Shown: one piece after another, positions 33,637-48,158 of the stretch
How positions within the stretch are numbered: position 1 is the first letter of the stretch
Layout: each line of letters begins with the position of its first letter
Origin: Auanema rhodensis
Taxonomy: Eukaryota > Animalia > Nematoda
DNA length: 64,000 bases
Direction: 5' to 3'
NCBI GenBank assembly: GCA_964057225.1
Contig: OZ059895.1
Span: 9,176,001 to 9,240,000 of the forward strand
Notes under the pieces: model-generated
What the model saw: only the letters and a program-made list of their open reading frames with translations
Told to the model about the DNA's origin: nothing
Database searches by the model: none
Made by a program: the position numbers and the translations under genes

Positions 33637-35671
33637 ATGTTTGAAGACAGCGATGACTCTGATGAAAGAATGTCGCAGCCTTCCAGCTCTCGGCAACCAT
33701 TCGATCCTAAACCTCATTTGGTAACAATTATCAAATCAAATACAGGTAGGAAAACTTCAATCTGTGGTTTTATAATATTTTTTTCAGAGTTTGGTTTCAA
33801 TGTTAAGGGGCAAATTAGTGAAGGAGGTCAATTAAGAAGTTTGAATGGGGTTTTATATCCGCCTTTGCAACATGTCAGCGCTGTTTTATCTGGCGGAGTT
33901 GCTGAAAAGGCAAATTTGAGAAAAGGAGATAGAATACTAGAAGTGTAGGCTATTTAAAAAAATGCTATTTTTATTGATTTAATCCGTTGTAGTAATGGAG
34001 TGAATGTGGAAGGAGGCAATCATCGACAGGTTGTTGAATTAATCAAAAGAGGAGGCGATAAGCTAACCATGTTAGTTATTTCCGTAGATGATGCTGAAAT
34101 AGACAGGTAATTTAAATACAATCTAGAATACTTTTTGGTTTAAATCATGATTTAGATTTGAGTCGTTTGAAGAGAGCATGTTATCAAGCCGATATGATTA
34201 TTCTGAAAGCCGTTCTCTTCCTCTTACTATCCCTTCATATCATACGATTAATGATGGTATTGAGCGATATGTGGTATGCAATTAATTTTCAAGGCTGTTA
34301 ATTTCTGTGTGTTAAGATATATAATATTTATATGGCTGGTCGACATTTGGGATCCAGAAGATATAGTGAATTTGTGGAATTAAACTCAATGCTTAAAAAA
34401 GAATTTTGTGATTTCTCATTTCCTAAGCTTCCTGGAAAATGGCCATTCAATCTATCCAAGCAACAACTCGACTCGCGACGACGGTGAGTGGATGGTTATA
34501 ATTCTAATAACTTTATTTGTTTTAGCGGGTTGGAACAGTATATTGAAAAAATTTGTTCAGTTCGTGTAATTGTAGATTCAGACATTGTTCAAGTAATCAA
34601 GCATCTATATATAGACATATACTGATTTTTTAGGATTTTTTAATGGAGTGTGATCCGTTATGTGAAGTTGAAGTGAGAGTCTTGTTACCAGATAATACTT
34701 CTTTGAATATGATGATTCGAAAAAACGCTTCTGCGAGTTATCTATATTCATTGATACAAAAAAAATTGAACATGAGTCGTGAAACTGCTGCTGCTTGTGC
34801 GTTATTTGAAATATGTGATTCTGGATTAGGTATATTATCTTTGAATTTTTAAATTAGTTAATTTTTTTCTCAGAACGTAAGATAGCTTCTGGCGAATCTC
34901 CTCATACTATTTATGTTCAAAATAATTCATCTGCTTCGTCTTCTTGCATTGTTCTTCGAAAACTTCTATTCAATATTGATATGGAGAAAGAATTATGCAT
35001 GCGTGACAGTTTTTTTCAATTACTTACTTTTTACCAAGCTGTTGCTGATTTGGGCCAGGTTTTTTATTTCTGTAGTTTTGTTTCAAACTAGGCGTTTTTT
35101 TCAGGGCCGAATTAAATCTAATCAAAAACTATATCAGCTGAAATCTCTACAGAATGAAAAAACAGCTTATCAGGTACAATTGCATTTTTTTCCGTTTTTG
35201 TTTATGTTATTTTCAGTTTCTTGAATTGGCAAGAACTTTTGAAGGTTATAACGAAGTGAAATTTCCTCCCTGTCGTTGTGTTGTTTCTAGTCGAGAAGGT
35301 GAAATAATTCTTATATGCCGTCCTAATAATCTTGTGCTTTGGGCATGTGACGGAAATTTTGAGGTATGTTTTTCGAATTTTTGAGCATGTATTCTTTTCA
35401 TCTTAGAAAGATAAAATGATCATTGAATGGGAAGATGTTGTATTGTATCGATTGTTGGAAGACGCTACTTCTTTCTTAATAGAGTATAAACCTGCAGGTA
35501 AAAAAAGAAAGAACGTGCATTTATATAGTCCCTTCGTAAGTGTTTATTAATAATAGTTCATTGTAGAATTTATCTGTTTAGGTTTTTTTTATGGCTGAAT
35601 GTTTTACACAAATCCAATTTGAGCGGCAGGTTGCTTCAGATTGGAAATCCCGCATGGGTTCTTCCGAATAG
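33637..35671 (+). CDS. snx-27: Sorting nexin 27 (PDZ-PX-FERM-like)
   Basis: [33 protein letters not shown] (SNX27 PDZ). PX domain [18 protein letters not shown]...[29 protein letters not shown] segment VEVRVLLPD. Confidence 0.95.
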
Positions 35672-35995
35672 AGTTAGGTGAAAACCTTACGACTACTGCT
35701 TTATGTACATATTTTTTTTCAACATCTGAACATTAGAGGTTAGTATTTTCAAGACATCATTGTTTCAATGTTATTTTTCTTGTGAGCTTTGAGAATGCGT
35801 TGTATTTATTAATGTTTTATACATGTACAATAATAGAATGTTAAATTGTTTATATTTGTATAATGTTGTTTTAATTTTTATTAAAAATTGTTAATGCTTT
35901 CTAAATATTTTTAATTGTAAACACGTTATTCCGTCAAGTTACTTCAATCAAGATTGTTTATTATTTACTATTAAACTTTACTAGGATTTTTTTTA

Positions 35996-38900
35996 ATGGG
36001 GGAGGCAGATGCGGGATTGGATGAAAATGACCGAAATGATCACAGAGATAAGAAAAGGAGAGTTACTGGAGAACTTAGCAGGTATAAAGGCATTTTAACC
36101 AAGAAGAGTTATTCAATTCTATTAGATCTGCCTCACCTAGTATTCACACTCCGTCCTATCCAGTTTCTGTTAGGCAACAGATGGCTTTATTAAGACAGGT
36201 TTTTTAAAATTAATTTGCATATGGCGAAATATACAGTGCTCACATAAATTTCTTTAAATCTATTCCAGCGTTTCCAGATGTCCCAGCAATCACCATCCGG
36301 ATCTACTGATGGTGAAACCATGATCACAATGACTCCAATTGCTCATCGCAAACGAGTGCCCAGGGTGAGTAGAATAAATCATGGTTAACTATAAGATTTT
36401 TTTGTTTGAAATTGCTTGTTCTTTTTTTTATTTCAATTTCGTTATACTAAACTTTGTGTACTGAAATTTTCAGGTGCACAAGAAAAATACCCGAGGCGAA
36501 ACACCTCTACACGTAGCAGCTCGTAGAGGAGATGGTGCTAAGTGTTTCGAATTGATTCGAGAAGGTAGTTTCATAGTTAATATCATATCTTTTGAAAATG
36601 GCTTTTCGCAGGAGCTGATGTAAATTGTGCTGATTATGCTGGATGGACCGCCTTGCACGAAGCCTGCAACCACAATCATTTTGAAACAGCTGAGATTTTG
36701 TTGAAGTATAGCTTGATGAACTATATTGTTTCATATCTGTACGTTATTTAGAAATGGCGCCGATGTGAATCGTGCTTCTGCTGATGGCGAAACTCCTCTT
36801 CATGATGCTGCTGCTAGTCGTAATGCAAAGGTATGACCCAATTTTTGTTTTTTCAAATTTATGCTGGCATTTAAGTTAGTTTGGTTATTACTTATGTATG
36901 GGGCTGATCGGGAAATTCGAAACAATCAAAACAAAAGAGCAGCTGATATCGTTCATCAACCTAGTACCGCATATGATCTTCTAACCACCAATGAATTACC
37001 CAGTGTAAGAAAATGAATTAAAATTGGAAAGAATAAAATTTCTTTCAGAATTGTCCGTCAGAAATGAGCACGCCTAGTCCTGTCCCTTCCAATGAAGCTG
37101 AACGGCGGGGAAGAGATCAAGTTCCAGTCAACGTTCCTTTATCTGTTACAATTGAATCTGAATCATTGCCCTTATTCGCAAGCTCTTCGGCCCCCGCCAC
37201 CCAAGTGATTGCTGCTGAACCCGAGGTTTTTTATTCGTTTTAAAAATACTCAGGCTAGTTTTATAGGCATTTTCGCGTGCCGTCTCGATGGCTTTTGCTC
37301 AAATTTCGCAATCTCCAGAACCAATGCCGGTTGAATCAGAAATGGGCCAAGAAAAGGAAGCAGGTAAGCTAGGGTATTAATAATTCCTGTATATACTTGG
37401 TTCGAAACAGCAATGGACGTTGTGGATTATGATCAAAATTCTAACGATTATGATAACGAAATCCAACCGGAGGATTCCGTATCAGCTTTCGATAATCATA
37501 TTGAGACCTCGCATACTGGAATAGTCACTGTTGATGTCGCAGATATGAAAGTTGAAAATGAGTCAGAGACAGAAATGCTGGAAAATGAACTAGAGCTGCA
37601 AGAAACTGTTCAACAACTAAATATTGCCAATGACAATACGGGATCTAATCCCATAGAGAAAGAAGAAGAAGAGGAAGAAGATGAAGATATGGAGCAGAAT
37701 GAACCGCAAACGTTTGAAATGGATGTAATCGAAGAGGACGGTAGTAACCCTGGTTGGTTAGAGGAAGGTCAGCGATTAAAAAAAGTTTTTTTCTAAATAT
37801 TAAAATTGTAGATAAAAGTGAATTTCTAAAACAAGAAGAGAGACAAGGAATTGGTGATTCCAACTCGAATATGAATGTAATGATTTCAAAGTTATTTCTA
37901 AGCAAAAGATTCTATAGATTTCTGATGATGTTCATATGGAAACACAGTGCACATCTTCTAGTCAATCCCCTATGGGCACCTATGCATCGGAAACTAAATA
38001 CACTCAAAGCAATAATGCAAGCCCGAGTAATGCGTAAGTTTATCATAGTAGAAAAATATTTTTTTTTAATTCACAGTTTTGAATTCACCGACGATCTCGA
38101 TGATATGGATCGTTCTGAATTAGGGCGAAAACGAGCTTTAAGGCCTGGCCGATCATGCCGAGGAAGGCCTAATAGTGGAAGCAATACTCCAACGTCATTA
38201 ATAGAGAAAAAAGTTACTCGCTCTGCCGGGTAAAAGAATTTTTGTAGGATACATTTATAGTTTTGTCTTTTAGTCGTGGGCGAGGTGGAAGACGTGGCAG
38301 AGGTGGATCCAAAACATCAGAAATTATCGAAGAATCTTCTAATCCACTAGATGTGTATGATTTTCGAGGCAGTCCTGATTCTGATGATAATGTATGTTAT
38401 TCTTCGTGAGAAGTTCTCAAAACAAGTGCGTCTTTAGGTTGAATACAATGAAGATAAAGAGCGAATAGGATCTTCTAGTAAACGCTTTCGTTTAAATGAA
38501 GTAGAAATAGATCTAGCTGGTAGTACTTCTGAGTTAGGATTATATGGAAATTCCATTAATCAAGATGATATGGACGGGGACGATGATGACGATAAACCCT
38601 CCTGTTCACACAGTACTAAGAAAGTTCCACCATTACGAATATCTCTGACAAAAACTCCTTCGGAAGAAGATCCTGCCGAAGATACAAGTTTAGGAATATC
38701 TCTTCGTTCAAAAAATTCGGGGAGTAAGGGAAGATTTTCGAAAAGGTTAAATGATACGGAAGATGCTCAGAGAGTTACAAGGAGTAAGGTATGTAATGCT
38801 TAATATCATTTTTGGTTAACTCAATATTTAAAGGTCAAGCAGGCTGGGAGATGTTTAGATGGTTATGATCTTTGGCCAAAGAAAAAACGAGGTCGAACTG

Positions 38901-39942
38901 ACAACAATTACTGGCGGGATGAGTCTAGGGATCCTTCAGATAAAGTATTCGATCAATCTTAGAATTTTTAATTATAAAGTTCAATTTACAGTCTTATTCA
39001 AATTTTGATGATGTTGCTGTAGACGACCAAGAAGAGCCTACTTCTGTTCATAATGAAAAAAGTGAAATCGAGGAGTTGTATCCCATGGATCCGAACAAGG
39101 AAATTGTTGCTCTTAAAGAATTGGTAAACTATCTATAGCTTGATTTTTTCAATCTAGTCTTTAAGATGTGTGAACGATGGGCAGCAGACTGTAATATAGA
39201 TGTGAGTAGAAAGAATACATTCAACCCAGAAAAATTTAAAAATTTTTCTCTCTATAAAGCTAATTATAAGCTTGCTAGTGACACTGATGATTCCAATTCT
39301 GAACTAGTAAGTCTAGAAGATATTTGATTTTTATGAAATAAGTATTTAGAATGCAAAACCTCGTCAATGCCCAGATTCGCTTAGTCATGTTTGGTTAACA
39401 CAAGAAAAAGAACGGTTGGGAAATTTTTCCAATGTTTAAAAAATTATTTTTTTACAGAAAGGATTTGCTAACTGCAATCGATGTTGAAAGAATACGGTTA
39501 AAATTATTTTGTGAGCAAGAATTTATACGAATGGAACGAAGAATGACTAAGTCAGTTCCATATATGTCAGCTATTAGGGTAATGAGAGAATCAGAAGTTT
39601 GCAAGTAAGCTTCTTCAAAGTTATAATTTTTCTATAATTTTTTGCTATAGTCCTCTTATCCTCAATGTCATTACAAACGAACCTCCTGAGTACGATCAGA
39701 ATAGATTTATCGATGGAATGGCTAGAAAGCTGAGTAATATGAATTTCCGTCATAAAATGGAAGTGAGCTCTTTGCATGAATACCAGGTAAGGAAAGCTTT
39801 TCACAATGGTTTATAATCATATTCTCAGAAAAACTTTTTCACTGCCGAAGTTAAAACGTCAAAAGTAGATTTAACGACGGACATGCTCAATGAATGCGTT
39901 CCAATTGCACCTCTGGATGAATTTAAAATATCATTATCTTAG
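35996..39942 (+). CDS. ANKRD11/ANKRD12-like ankyrin-repeat nuclear cofactor
   Basis: KNTRGETPLHVAARRG..GADVNCADYAGWTALHEACNH...GETPLHDAA, a long acidic disordered middle, and C-terminal QEKERKDLLTAIDVERIRLKLFCEQEFIRM, matching the ANKRD11/12 CEQE motif. Confidence 0.85.
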
Positions 39943-40106
39943 AATTACGAGTCATTTCTTACGAGTACAAAAATTATTGGGCACAAAAAGCATAAATTCT
40001 TCATACCTTAAACGTGTTTACTGTTTGTTTCATTTTCCAGTTTCAATTCTGAAATATATGGCATTTTGATTGTTCGATATTTTTCATGTTTTAGTTTCAT
40101 TTAAAG

Positions 40107-40792
40107 ATGAAGATCGAAGTTCAACCTATTCCTTATTCTCTTATTGTTCTACATGCTCTCAAATACCCACACACTGGGGTATGTGGCTTACTTTTAGGAA
40201 AGAAAAATGGATCTCATGTTCAAGTATGTTAAAAGAAAAAATTTTTTTTTCATATATATTTTAGATACATGAAGCTGTTCCAATTTCTCATGAAACCAAC
40301 CCTTTGTCTCCTACCTTAGAAATTGCGGTGACTCTTGTACATTCTAGGAAGCCTGACATAATTGGTGTCTATTTTGCAAACAAAGATTTCGGCGATAGAA
40401 GGTATATATTCAAAATCCTTTTTTATTCTATGAATCTCGTGTTAAGCATAAGCAATCACATTGCTAAGCTCGCTGAGAAAATTGGTTCCGTCAACAATTT
40501 GACACCTTTGGTGTTACAGCTTGTAAATACTCAGCTGTCTTCTGAGATGAGTAGGAATTGTATGACTGCTCATGTTAAGGAAGAGGATTCGTGGAAAGAG
40601 AATCCGTAAGAAAAGGTTTTTTTAAAACGACCATAAATTCTTTGCAGATTAGAGATATCTTCGGACTGTCTTAGCTCTCTCAATTCTGCCATTGATAACA
40701 AACTTCACCGTTCTGTAGTGGACTTTGACAATCACCTGGATAAGCCGGAATTAGACTTCTTTAACAGTGATCTCGTATCAGCTATTGTCTAA
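40107..40792 (+). CDS. ER membrane protein complex subunit 8/9 (UPF0172)
   Basis: MKIEVQPIPYSLIVLHALKYPHTGVCGLLLG...EAVPISH...SPTLEIAV...VVDFDNHLD. Confidence 0.92.
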
Positions 40793-40937
40793 AAGCTGGC
40801 CTCACTTAATCCTCGAGTATTATTGATCAAGTCATGTAGTTTAATTTATGATGAATAAAGCTATACAAAACAAAATTTAAAAAAAACATTTTTATTTCCG
40901 TATATTATAACAATAAACCGGAGGTCAAAGAAACTGC

Positions 40938-41520
40938 TTATTCGTAGACCCACTTGTTGATGGTGGTGCTCTCGAAGTCATTGAGCTCATCAGCCTTGAA
41001 CCAATGGGCGATTTCACGGTTAGCGGAGTCAACGGAGTCAGATCCGTGGCAGATGTTTCTTCCGGTTTGAACGCAGAAATCTCCGCGGATGGTTCCTGGG
41101 GCGGACTGGAGAGGGTTGGTAGCTCCAAGCATGACACGTCCTTGCTTGACAGCATCAAGTCCTTGCCAAACCATGGCAACAACTGGGCCAGAAGCCATGT
41201 ACTCGATGAGGCTTGGGAAGAATGGCTTGTCCTTAAGGTCTTGGTAGTGGACCTAAAAATTAACTATATTTTTCCAAACACTGTTCAATGACAACCTCAA
41301 GATGAGCCTTGGAGGCAGTCATCTGCTTGAGTCCTACAAGCTTGTATCCACGATCCTCGAATCTTTGGATGATTTTTCCAACAAGTCCTCTGTAAAAAAA
41401 TTTTGCATCATTTTTCAAAAAAACGGGATATGATATGTTAAAAGAAAAAATAGACAAATATTACCTTTGGACTCCATCAGGCTTGACAGCGATAAAAGTT
41501 CTCTCTTGAGTAGCAGCCAT
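40938..41520 (-). CDS. ndk-1: Nucleoside diphosphate kinase (possible extended isoform from ATG 41598)
   Basis: [30 protein letters not shown]...[22 protein letters not shown]...WVYE; GC-rich codon usage typical of a highly expressed gene. Confidence 0.97.
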
Positions 41521-42389
41521 TCTTTCACAAGTTAACTCGTCGGTACAGAACTCAGCAACTGCAGTCACCACAGCAACGAACACTGCGAGGAGGAGCATTG
41601 GCCAAATTGCACTGGTTAATTACAGTATCCTGAAAGCTATCGCGTCAAGACCCGTGCGACATTTGAAAATGATTGACACCATCCGCAGCAGAACTAAGAA
41701 ATTGTGAATAAGTCATATACACATCAATATATTTTCATTTCAATTATCGACCATTCCAAATATGGTGATCTATTGCTTTTCAAACTCTAAACATATCATA
41801 AAAAATATGAAGTTTAAATCATGTATCAAAAATTAAAATATATTCCGTCTTATAGCAAAAAAATTTTTTTCATTAAGAAATTTAAAGTTTCAATAATTCT
41901 TTTTAATATTTGAATTTCCTGATTCATCCTTTTTATATGTCTTTTATTTTTAACTGTTAAAATTATAATATTGTCAAATTGCATATTGTAATAGTATAAT
42001 ATGTAACGAGTGCGCTTTTAGTAATTCCAGCTTAACCAATTTTTTGAATGAACGTTATGGATTTTATATTTACTTTTGTTTTCATACACAGTTTCGCTGA
42101 ACCATATTTTTCTGGTACACTACATTTCTGATATCTAAGTTTAACTTATTTTACTTAGCTCTTTCGTTTAAAACTTATTATTTGTTGTCTTATGAAACTT
42201 GTATCGACTTTCTTCAATTGTTTAAATTATTTAAAGTCATTTCTAGCTTCTTTGTGTTTGGAATGTTTGGTTTTACAACTCGAGATTGTTGATTTTCGCG
42301 TTATAACCCTTACGCAATCCTGAAAACCGGTATATTGTTTGTACTTTGACTACGCCTTTCCCTTAGATCACTGAGTTGAATTAATATCA

Positions 42390-44694
42390 ATGGAGTGGTG
42401 AGTTTCTTATTCATGCAGTTTTGTTAACTAATTATGTTTCCAGCGAATTACCAAGCAATGGTGTTTTACGAAAATGGACCAACTACGTCAATGGATGGCA
42501 GGACAGATATTTTGAAATTATTAATGGAAACTTAGTGTATTACAAATCTAAATCGGATAAAAACTATGGGTGTCGTGGTAGTATCACTCTTCGTGGTCTG
42601 GTTGTTATGGTTGTTATTTCTTATTGTTTATTAATCAATTTGTATTATATCTACAGGGACATGAATTTGATCTATGTGAATTCACAGTTATATCCGGTTC
42701 TACAACCCCTTGGTATCTTAAAGCTGAATCGATAAAAAGCAAAGAGGAATGGGTAGCCATACTATTGAAAAATTCCTCGACGAAAGATGCGGTATGAATA
42801 TTTTTCTGCTTTTGTTTTCTCCATACAAAGTATTTTGAAATAATTTTCTAAATTTGAGCTTAAAATGTAATTTTAAAATATTTGCTTCAAATTTTTGAGA
42901 TATTCTTGTTTTTAGAATGATTCGGATTATAGTAGCACAAGCACTAAAAGCCACTCTCGAAATCCTTCGTCCCTTTCTTCAGTTCTCATACATGACAATA
43001 AATCAGAGGTTTTTATTTTTTACCATTTATTGTAACAGGAAAAATTAAGGACTCGGAGAAGTTGTTCACTTCTCGTATTGCTGAACTCGAGGCGTACAGA
43101 ACAATGTGTTCTGATCAAATGGTTTCTCTTCAAAGAATGCTAGAAAAAGAAGCAATTATTCCTCGCTCCGATCTCCTTGCTATTAAAGCAACTCAGATAG
43201 CTATGCTAAATAACATTAATCACATAATTGAACTAGCGAAATCAGGAGCTGTATGTTTTTTCTTTAAATATTCTGTCATAGGTTAATTCAGATAATTATT
43301 TCTGATCCATCCACAAAACCGAAGGATAGGGTTCGGACCTCACACAACATTATTATTTCCCAATGCCCTGATGAAGATGGACAATCTGAGGTCACTGTTC
43401 AAGAGCCAGCTTCTGCTAATATGTCAACCATAGATGTGGTTTGTGAAATTTATCTTTATGCTTCTTATTGTTTTGTTCAGACAAGTGAGGGTGACGATGA
43501 ATGGCATGACGCCGATGAGCATTCTTCTATGAGTAGTATAGAACGAGCAGTAGAGGCAAGAGGATCTAAAACACCTTCATCAGCGGGCTCCTCTCCTTCC
43601 AAAGACGTGTCTAGTCGACAAGAAGAAGAAGTTGTACCGGATGTTATAAGAGTATGAAGTACTTTTTAGATGATTTACTAATTTTATTTTAGAGCCTGCC
43701 GTTTGGACATTATGATAATTTAACTATTCCAACTAATCATCCTATGTTTGCTGATATAGATAAATTGGCCTTGGACCAACTCAAGTATACTTCTTTGAGA
43801 TTTTATCATATTATTCACTTTTATTATAGGTATGCATTAGCTGGTGTAGAAGATAATGTTTGGACTCTTTTTGCTGAGGATGGAGCTATGAAGATGTATA
43901 CTAGAGAAATGCAAGATGAAGGAGGTCTACCTATTGATCCTTTAAAGGCTGTTCATGAAGTTAAAGTCTGTTATTCTTCTCAGAATTATCATATAGTTGA
44001 TTTGTTTAGGGTGTAACTGCATTAGAGTATATGTACCACTTTTACGATCCCATGTTTAAGAAAACTTGGGATCATACCTTGAATGACATGACTATTGTCG
44101 ACACAATTAGTCGTGATACAGTTGTTCTTCATCAAAAACATAAAACTGTAGGTGCATTAGCTTAATGTTTTTGGTTATATATCATTTTGAAGGTTTGGCC
44201 GGCTGCTCCTCGCGAGTCACTCTTCTTTTCCCATATACGAAGGGTGGATTCAATGAAGCGCAAAGGAGCTCATGATTTGTATATAGTTTGTAACAAAGAT
44301 GTAAATAGAGATGATGTGCCAGTATGTTTTCTAAATCTATATTAATAATTTATTAACCAAATTGTCTTAATTAACATTCATTTTTCAGCTTGGGTCCTCG
44401 TCTAGTGTTCGGGTTACTTTATCTGTATCCATGATTTGTGAAACTGTTATTCTGAGCAACAAAAAACTGAACGAACTAACAAGAAATGACATTCAATGTA
44501 ATATTATATATGTTTCTCAAGGTTTGAATTTAAACTCAAAAAAAAAACTTCATAATGTCATTTTAGTTCATCCTGGTGGTTGGGTCCCAGTAACTGCATT
44601 ACGCCATGTGTATAAAAAGGAATATCCCAAATTCTTAAGGACTTTTACCGACTTTGTAGTTAAAAGTGTGAAAAATCAAGAAATCGCAATTTAA
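42390..44694 (+). CDS. Ceramide transfer protein CERT/COL4A3BP (PH + FFAT-like + START)
   Basis: PH domain GVLRKWTNYVNGWQDRYF..YYKS..YGCRGSI. Acidic FFAT-like DDEWHDADE. START domain WTLFAEDGAMKMY..DPLKAVHEV..HKTVWPAAPRESLF..HPGGWVP..VYKKEYPKFLRTFT. Confidence 0.93.
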
Positions 44695-44910
44695 ATTGCA
44701 TGCTGTTTTATATTTTTGATTCCATTTACCTATGTGATATTTATTCTGTGATTTTAGTGACGTCTTTCTAAGAGAGTTTAAAATTTTTAATATTTTTATT
44801 GTTTGGAATAAAATATTTTCCCAAGTTAATTTCTGTTTTACCTGTTACACACAGACCAAGCACGATATTTCTTTGTTTGGATATTGTATGTGATTTTAAC
44901 TTTAAGACAT

Positions 44911-46375
44911 ATGAAATTTGGATGGCGATGGTTGGCCTCATTGGGTATCTTAGGGTTTTTAATCCCATTAATTCTATTAGAAGAATATACAAATGGCGTA
45001 TTATTCATGAAAATAATGAACAGTTATAGTAAAGAAGTAGTTTTATCCTCATATGCTGTTAGAAGTCAGTTTTCAAAACAATTAATGTTTATTATCATAA
45101 TATTTCTAGATGCCTTATCAACAATAGGTATTGTTATAATTATTAGAAATATAAATGATGAAGAACAATATAGTATGGCTCGATCAACCATTGAATGTTA
45201 TACTAAAATGTATAAATATAATTTATATATTATTAACATGTCAATCGATTCAAAAACAGCAAAGATATGTCAACAGAAAGATGTATTTATTTATTTCCTC
45301 TTTCAGTTTTTTTTTCATTTTTAAATTCAGATATTTTTTCGAAGACATTGCTTCGTAGCTGAAGAAATGAATAATTTAAAAGATGATTGGTTATTATTTC
45401 TGGATGCGGATGTGGGGGTTATTAATCCTAATCATTTAATCGAAGAATATCTTCCACCTGAAAATAATGATGTTGTATTCTATCGTAGAATTTTTAATCA
45501 CGAAATCATGGCTGGCTCGTACTTGATCAGGTTCTGCATTAGTTAATTCGGCTAATTTATTTGATACATATATGTTTCAGGAATACTGATTTTTCAAAAA
45601 AATTTCTTCATTTCTGGGCGAATTATGAATACAGTTTACCACATTCATTTCATGGAAGTGACAACGGAGCTATTCATGTATAGTTTTTAATTATTACCTT
45701 AATTAAAGAGACAGAGTAAATAAATTATTTGATTTAGATGGTACTTCTCAAGTTTGATGCTTTGTCTCAACACAGAGATGAGGAAGAAATAGAAAAATGT
45801 CAAAAGCTATGGGAAAAATCAACGTAGATAATTTTATTTTTTTTTGCTATATTTCAGTTACAGATATTATGATTCTTTATCAGTTTTCGAGGTTTGCGTC
45901 CAAGACCTTATAGAAAAAACTCCATTGAAGCATATTTACATTGTTCCAAAAGTATGTAATTCTTATTTTTTTATCACAACTTTTATATAGGGTAGATTTC
46001 CTTGGTCGCGAGATGGCTGGCTAACCAATTCAATGTGGAGCTCAAAAGATTTCATGTTCCATGGTTGGCAAAAAAGGTAAAAACTTTATATTGTCATAGT
46101 AGCATGTTTTTTTAGGAGACAGGATAAATATATTCATGGTCGATGGCATAATCCGTTGACTGTCGATCAAATTGATTCCACAAAATGTGATATTCCTGCT
46201 ACAGGTGTAAAAAATTGGAGGTTATATTATCAAATTTATTCAAATATGAAAATATGGTTTTAGATATAAAGATAGTTTTATAACTGATGATAAAAATATC
46301 GATCAATGGTTATCAGATAAAATATATAATATTCAGCAGGAAAATCTTGAAATTAAACAAATTCATGGCATTTAA
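44911..46375 (+). CDS. DUF273 nematode glycosyltransferase-like type II membrane protein
   Basis: N-terminal TM segment, then [85 protein letters not shown]. Confidence 0.9.
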
Positions 46376-46731
46376 TATTTTCAAGGAAACCTTTGCCCAA
46401 GGCTTAAAAGGATAGTATGTGTTAGAAAATCGTTTTGTCTAGCATTTTAAATTTATATACAGCATTTTTAATTGTTTGAATTATTGCGCTCTAAGCTTCA
46501 AAAATCTGACCTGTTCAACTAAAGAGGTCATGCATATCAAAATTTTCTATGCATATCAAATTTTTCACTCAGCCAATCACTTTTCTTGTCAAATACATTA
46601 TTAGCATTTATTTATGTTTATAGTTAAATAAAACTTTCTATTATTGTTTGTATTGATAATATTCGGTTCAGACCTTGATTATCCTTGAAAAGTAGAGAAA
46701 AGTGTATGAACATTTGATTTCTTTTAGGACA

Positions 46732-48158
46732 ATGGATAGCAGCGAAATATGTTCAGTGGGCTTTAATAGTTTGACAAATAATATATTTCTCTTTGAAGAG
46801 GCCGAAACTTTCTGAATTCACAGTGTCTGCTAAGAATTTTTCTAATGATCATCGTTATCTTTTACAACATATGCTTAAGCATGGTTGTGTAACGGTAAAC
46901 GCCTTCAATGTTCAATATTCTGTTTTTCTTTCAGAAACGAATATTTTATTTAACATATCTCAAGTATCATGTAAATGTTACTTTAAAAAGTACGCTATAC
47001 AGCTTTGTTTTTTTTGTATTTCTGTTTAGAAGATATAAGTATATTATCACAATGTGATGCCGAGCAAGCTGAATTAGATGAATTAATTGATATATTGATC
47101 AAAACCTGCAATAACAAATGCAAACAGGTTATTTCAATATATCAAGCTATATGTGTGTCACATGTATGTTTCTATGCAGATTGGACTTCGGCTGAAAATG
47201 GTTACGAGTGAATCAAAAAAGAAAACGTATATAACTTTATGCAGCGATCGACCGTTTTCTAATGCTTTATTTTTTGCTTCAGGATGGAAGTATAAGATAT
47301 TGAAATGTTTAATTTGCAAAATGATCATATTTATAGAGAAGATGAACACGTGTTAATAACTAATTTTGTGAAAGAGGCTGTCCGAAATTCGGGAAAGCTG
47401 TCACGAAGTTTTGCACGAGAATACAGTCTTAATTTACCAAATCCAATGAGCATTAAACAGATGGAACATATTCTTGAAATCCTAGTTAAAGAAAAATTCT
47501 TTTCTTGGGTTTGATATATTCACTAGTCAAGTAATATTTCTTGTGATATTTAGTCTGAAGACATGAGTTGTTTGCATTTGAAGCCACGTTCCATTGCTGA
47601 ACTCGAGCCTCTTCTTCGACCACAATACAATGTTCCTTACTGCTCATTTTGTAATGATCCTGTTATTAAGTAAGCTGCTTGATTCTTTTTACTACTGAGA
47701 TCCAAAACGTGTATTTCTAGTTCGGAATATGCTTCTAATTGTGATAATGACGAATGTGAATCTCAGTTTCATCGGGCTTGTCTCAAAAAGTGGGTTATAC
47801 TTGTCTTCATATTATGTGAAATCTATTCAGATTGCTCGATGCTTGCTCGACAGGTTATGTTGAATGTCATAATTGTTCATCGAAACTTACCAGTACATTA
47901 TTGAATAGAAACGAACCGATGGATACGACAATACGGCGTCGTACTTTTACGGAAAAGTCGAATAACAGTGATAATGACAGTGAAAATGAATTCACTAAAA
48001 CTATGAGAACTACTTCTACAAGAACCAGTAGTAGAAAACGGGTGAGACAATCTCAGCGTAGCTTGGCTTCTCAACATAGGTCCGAATCTGACACATCTCA
48101 AATCAGTGACATGGAACTAACTCTTGAAATGAACTCTACGTTGCATCGACAGCGCTAA
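46732..48158 (+). CDS. nse-1: NSE1 subunit of the SMC5/6 complex (winged-helix + RING-like)
   Basis: DHRYLLQHMLKHG near the N-terminus, LKPRSIAELEPLL, and Cys/His pattern CSFC...CDNDEC...HRAC...CHNC, followed by a basic disordered tail. Confidence 0.8.
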
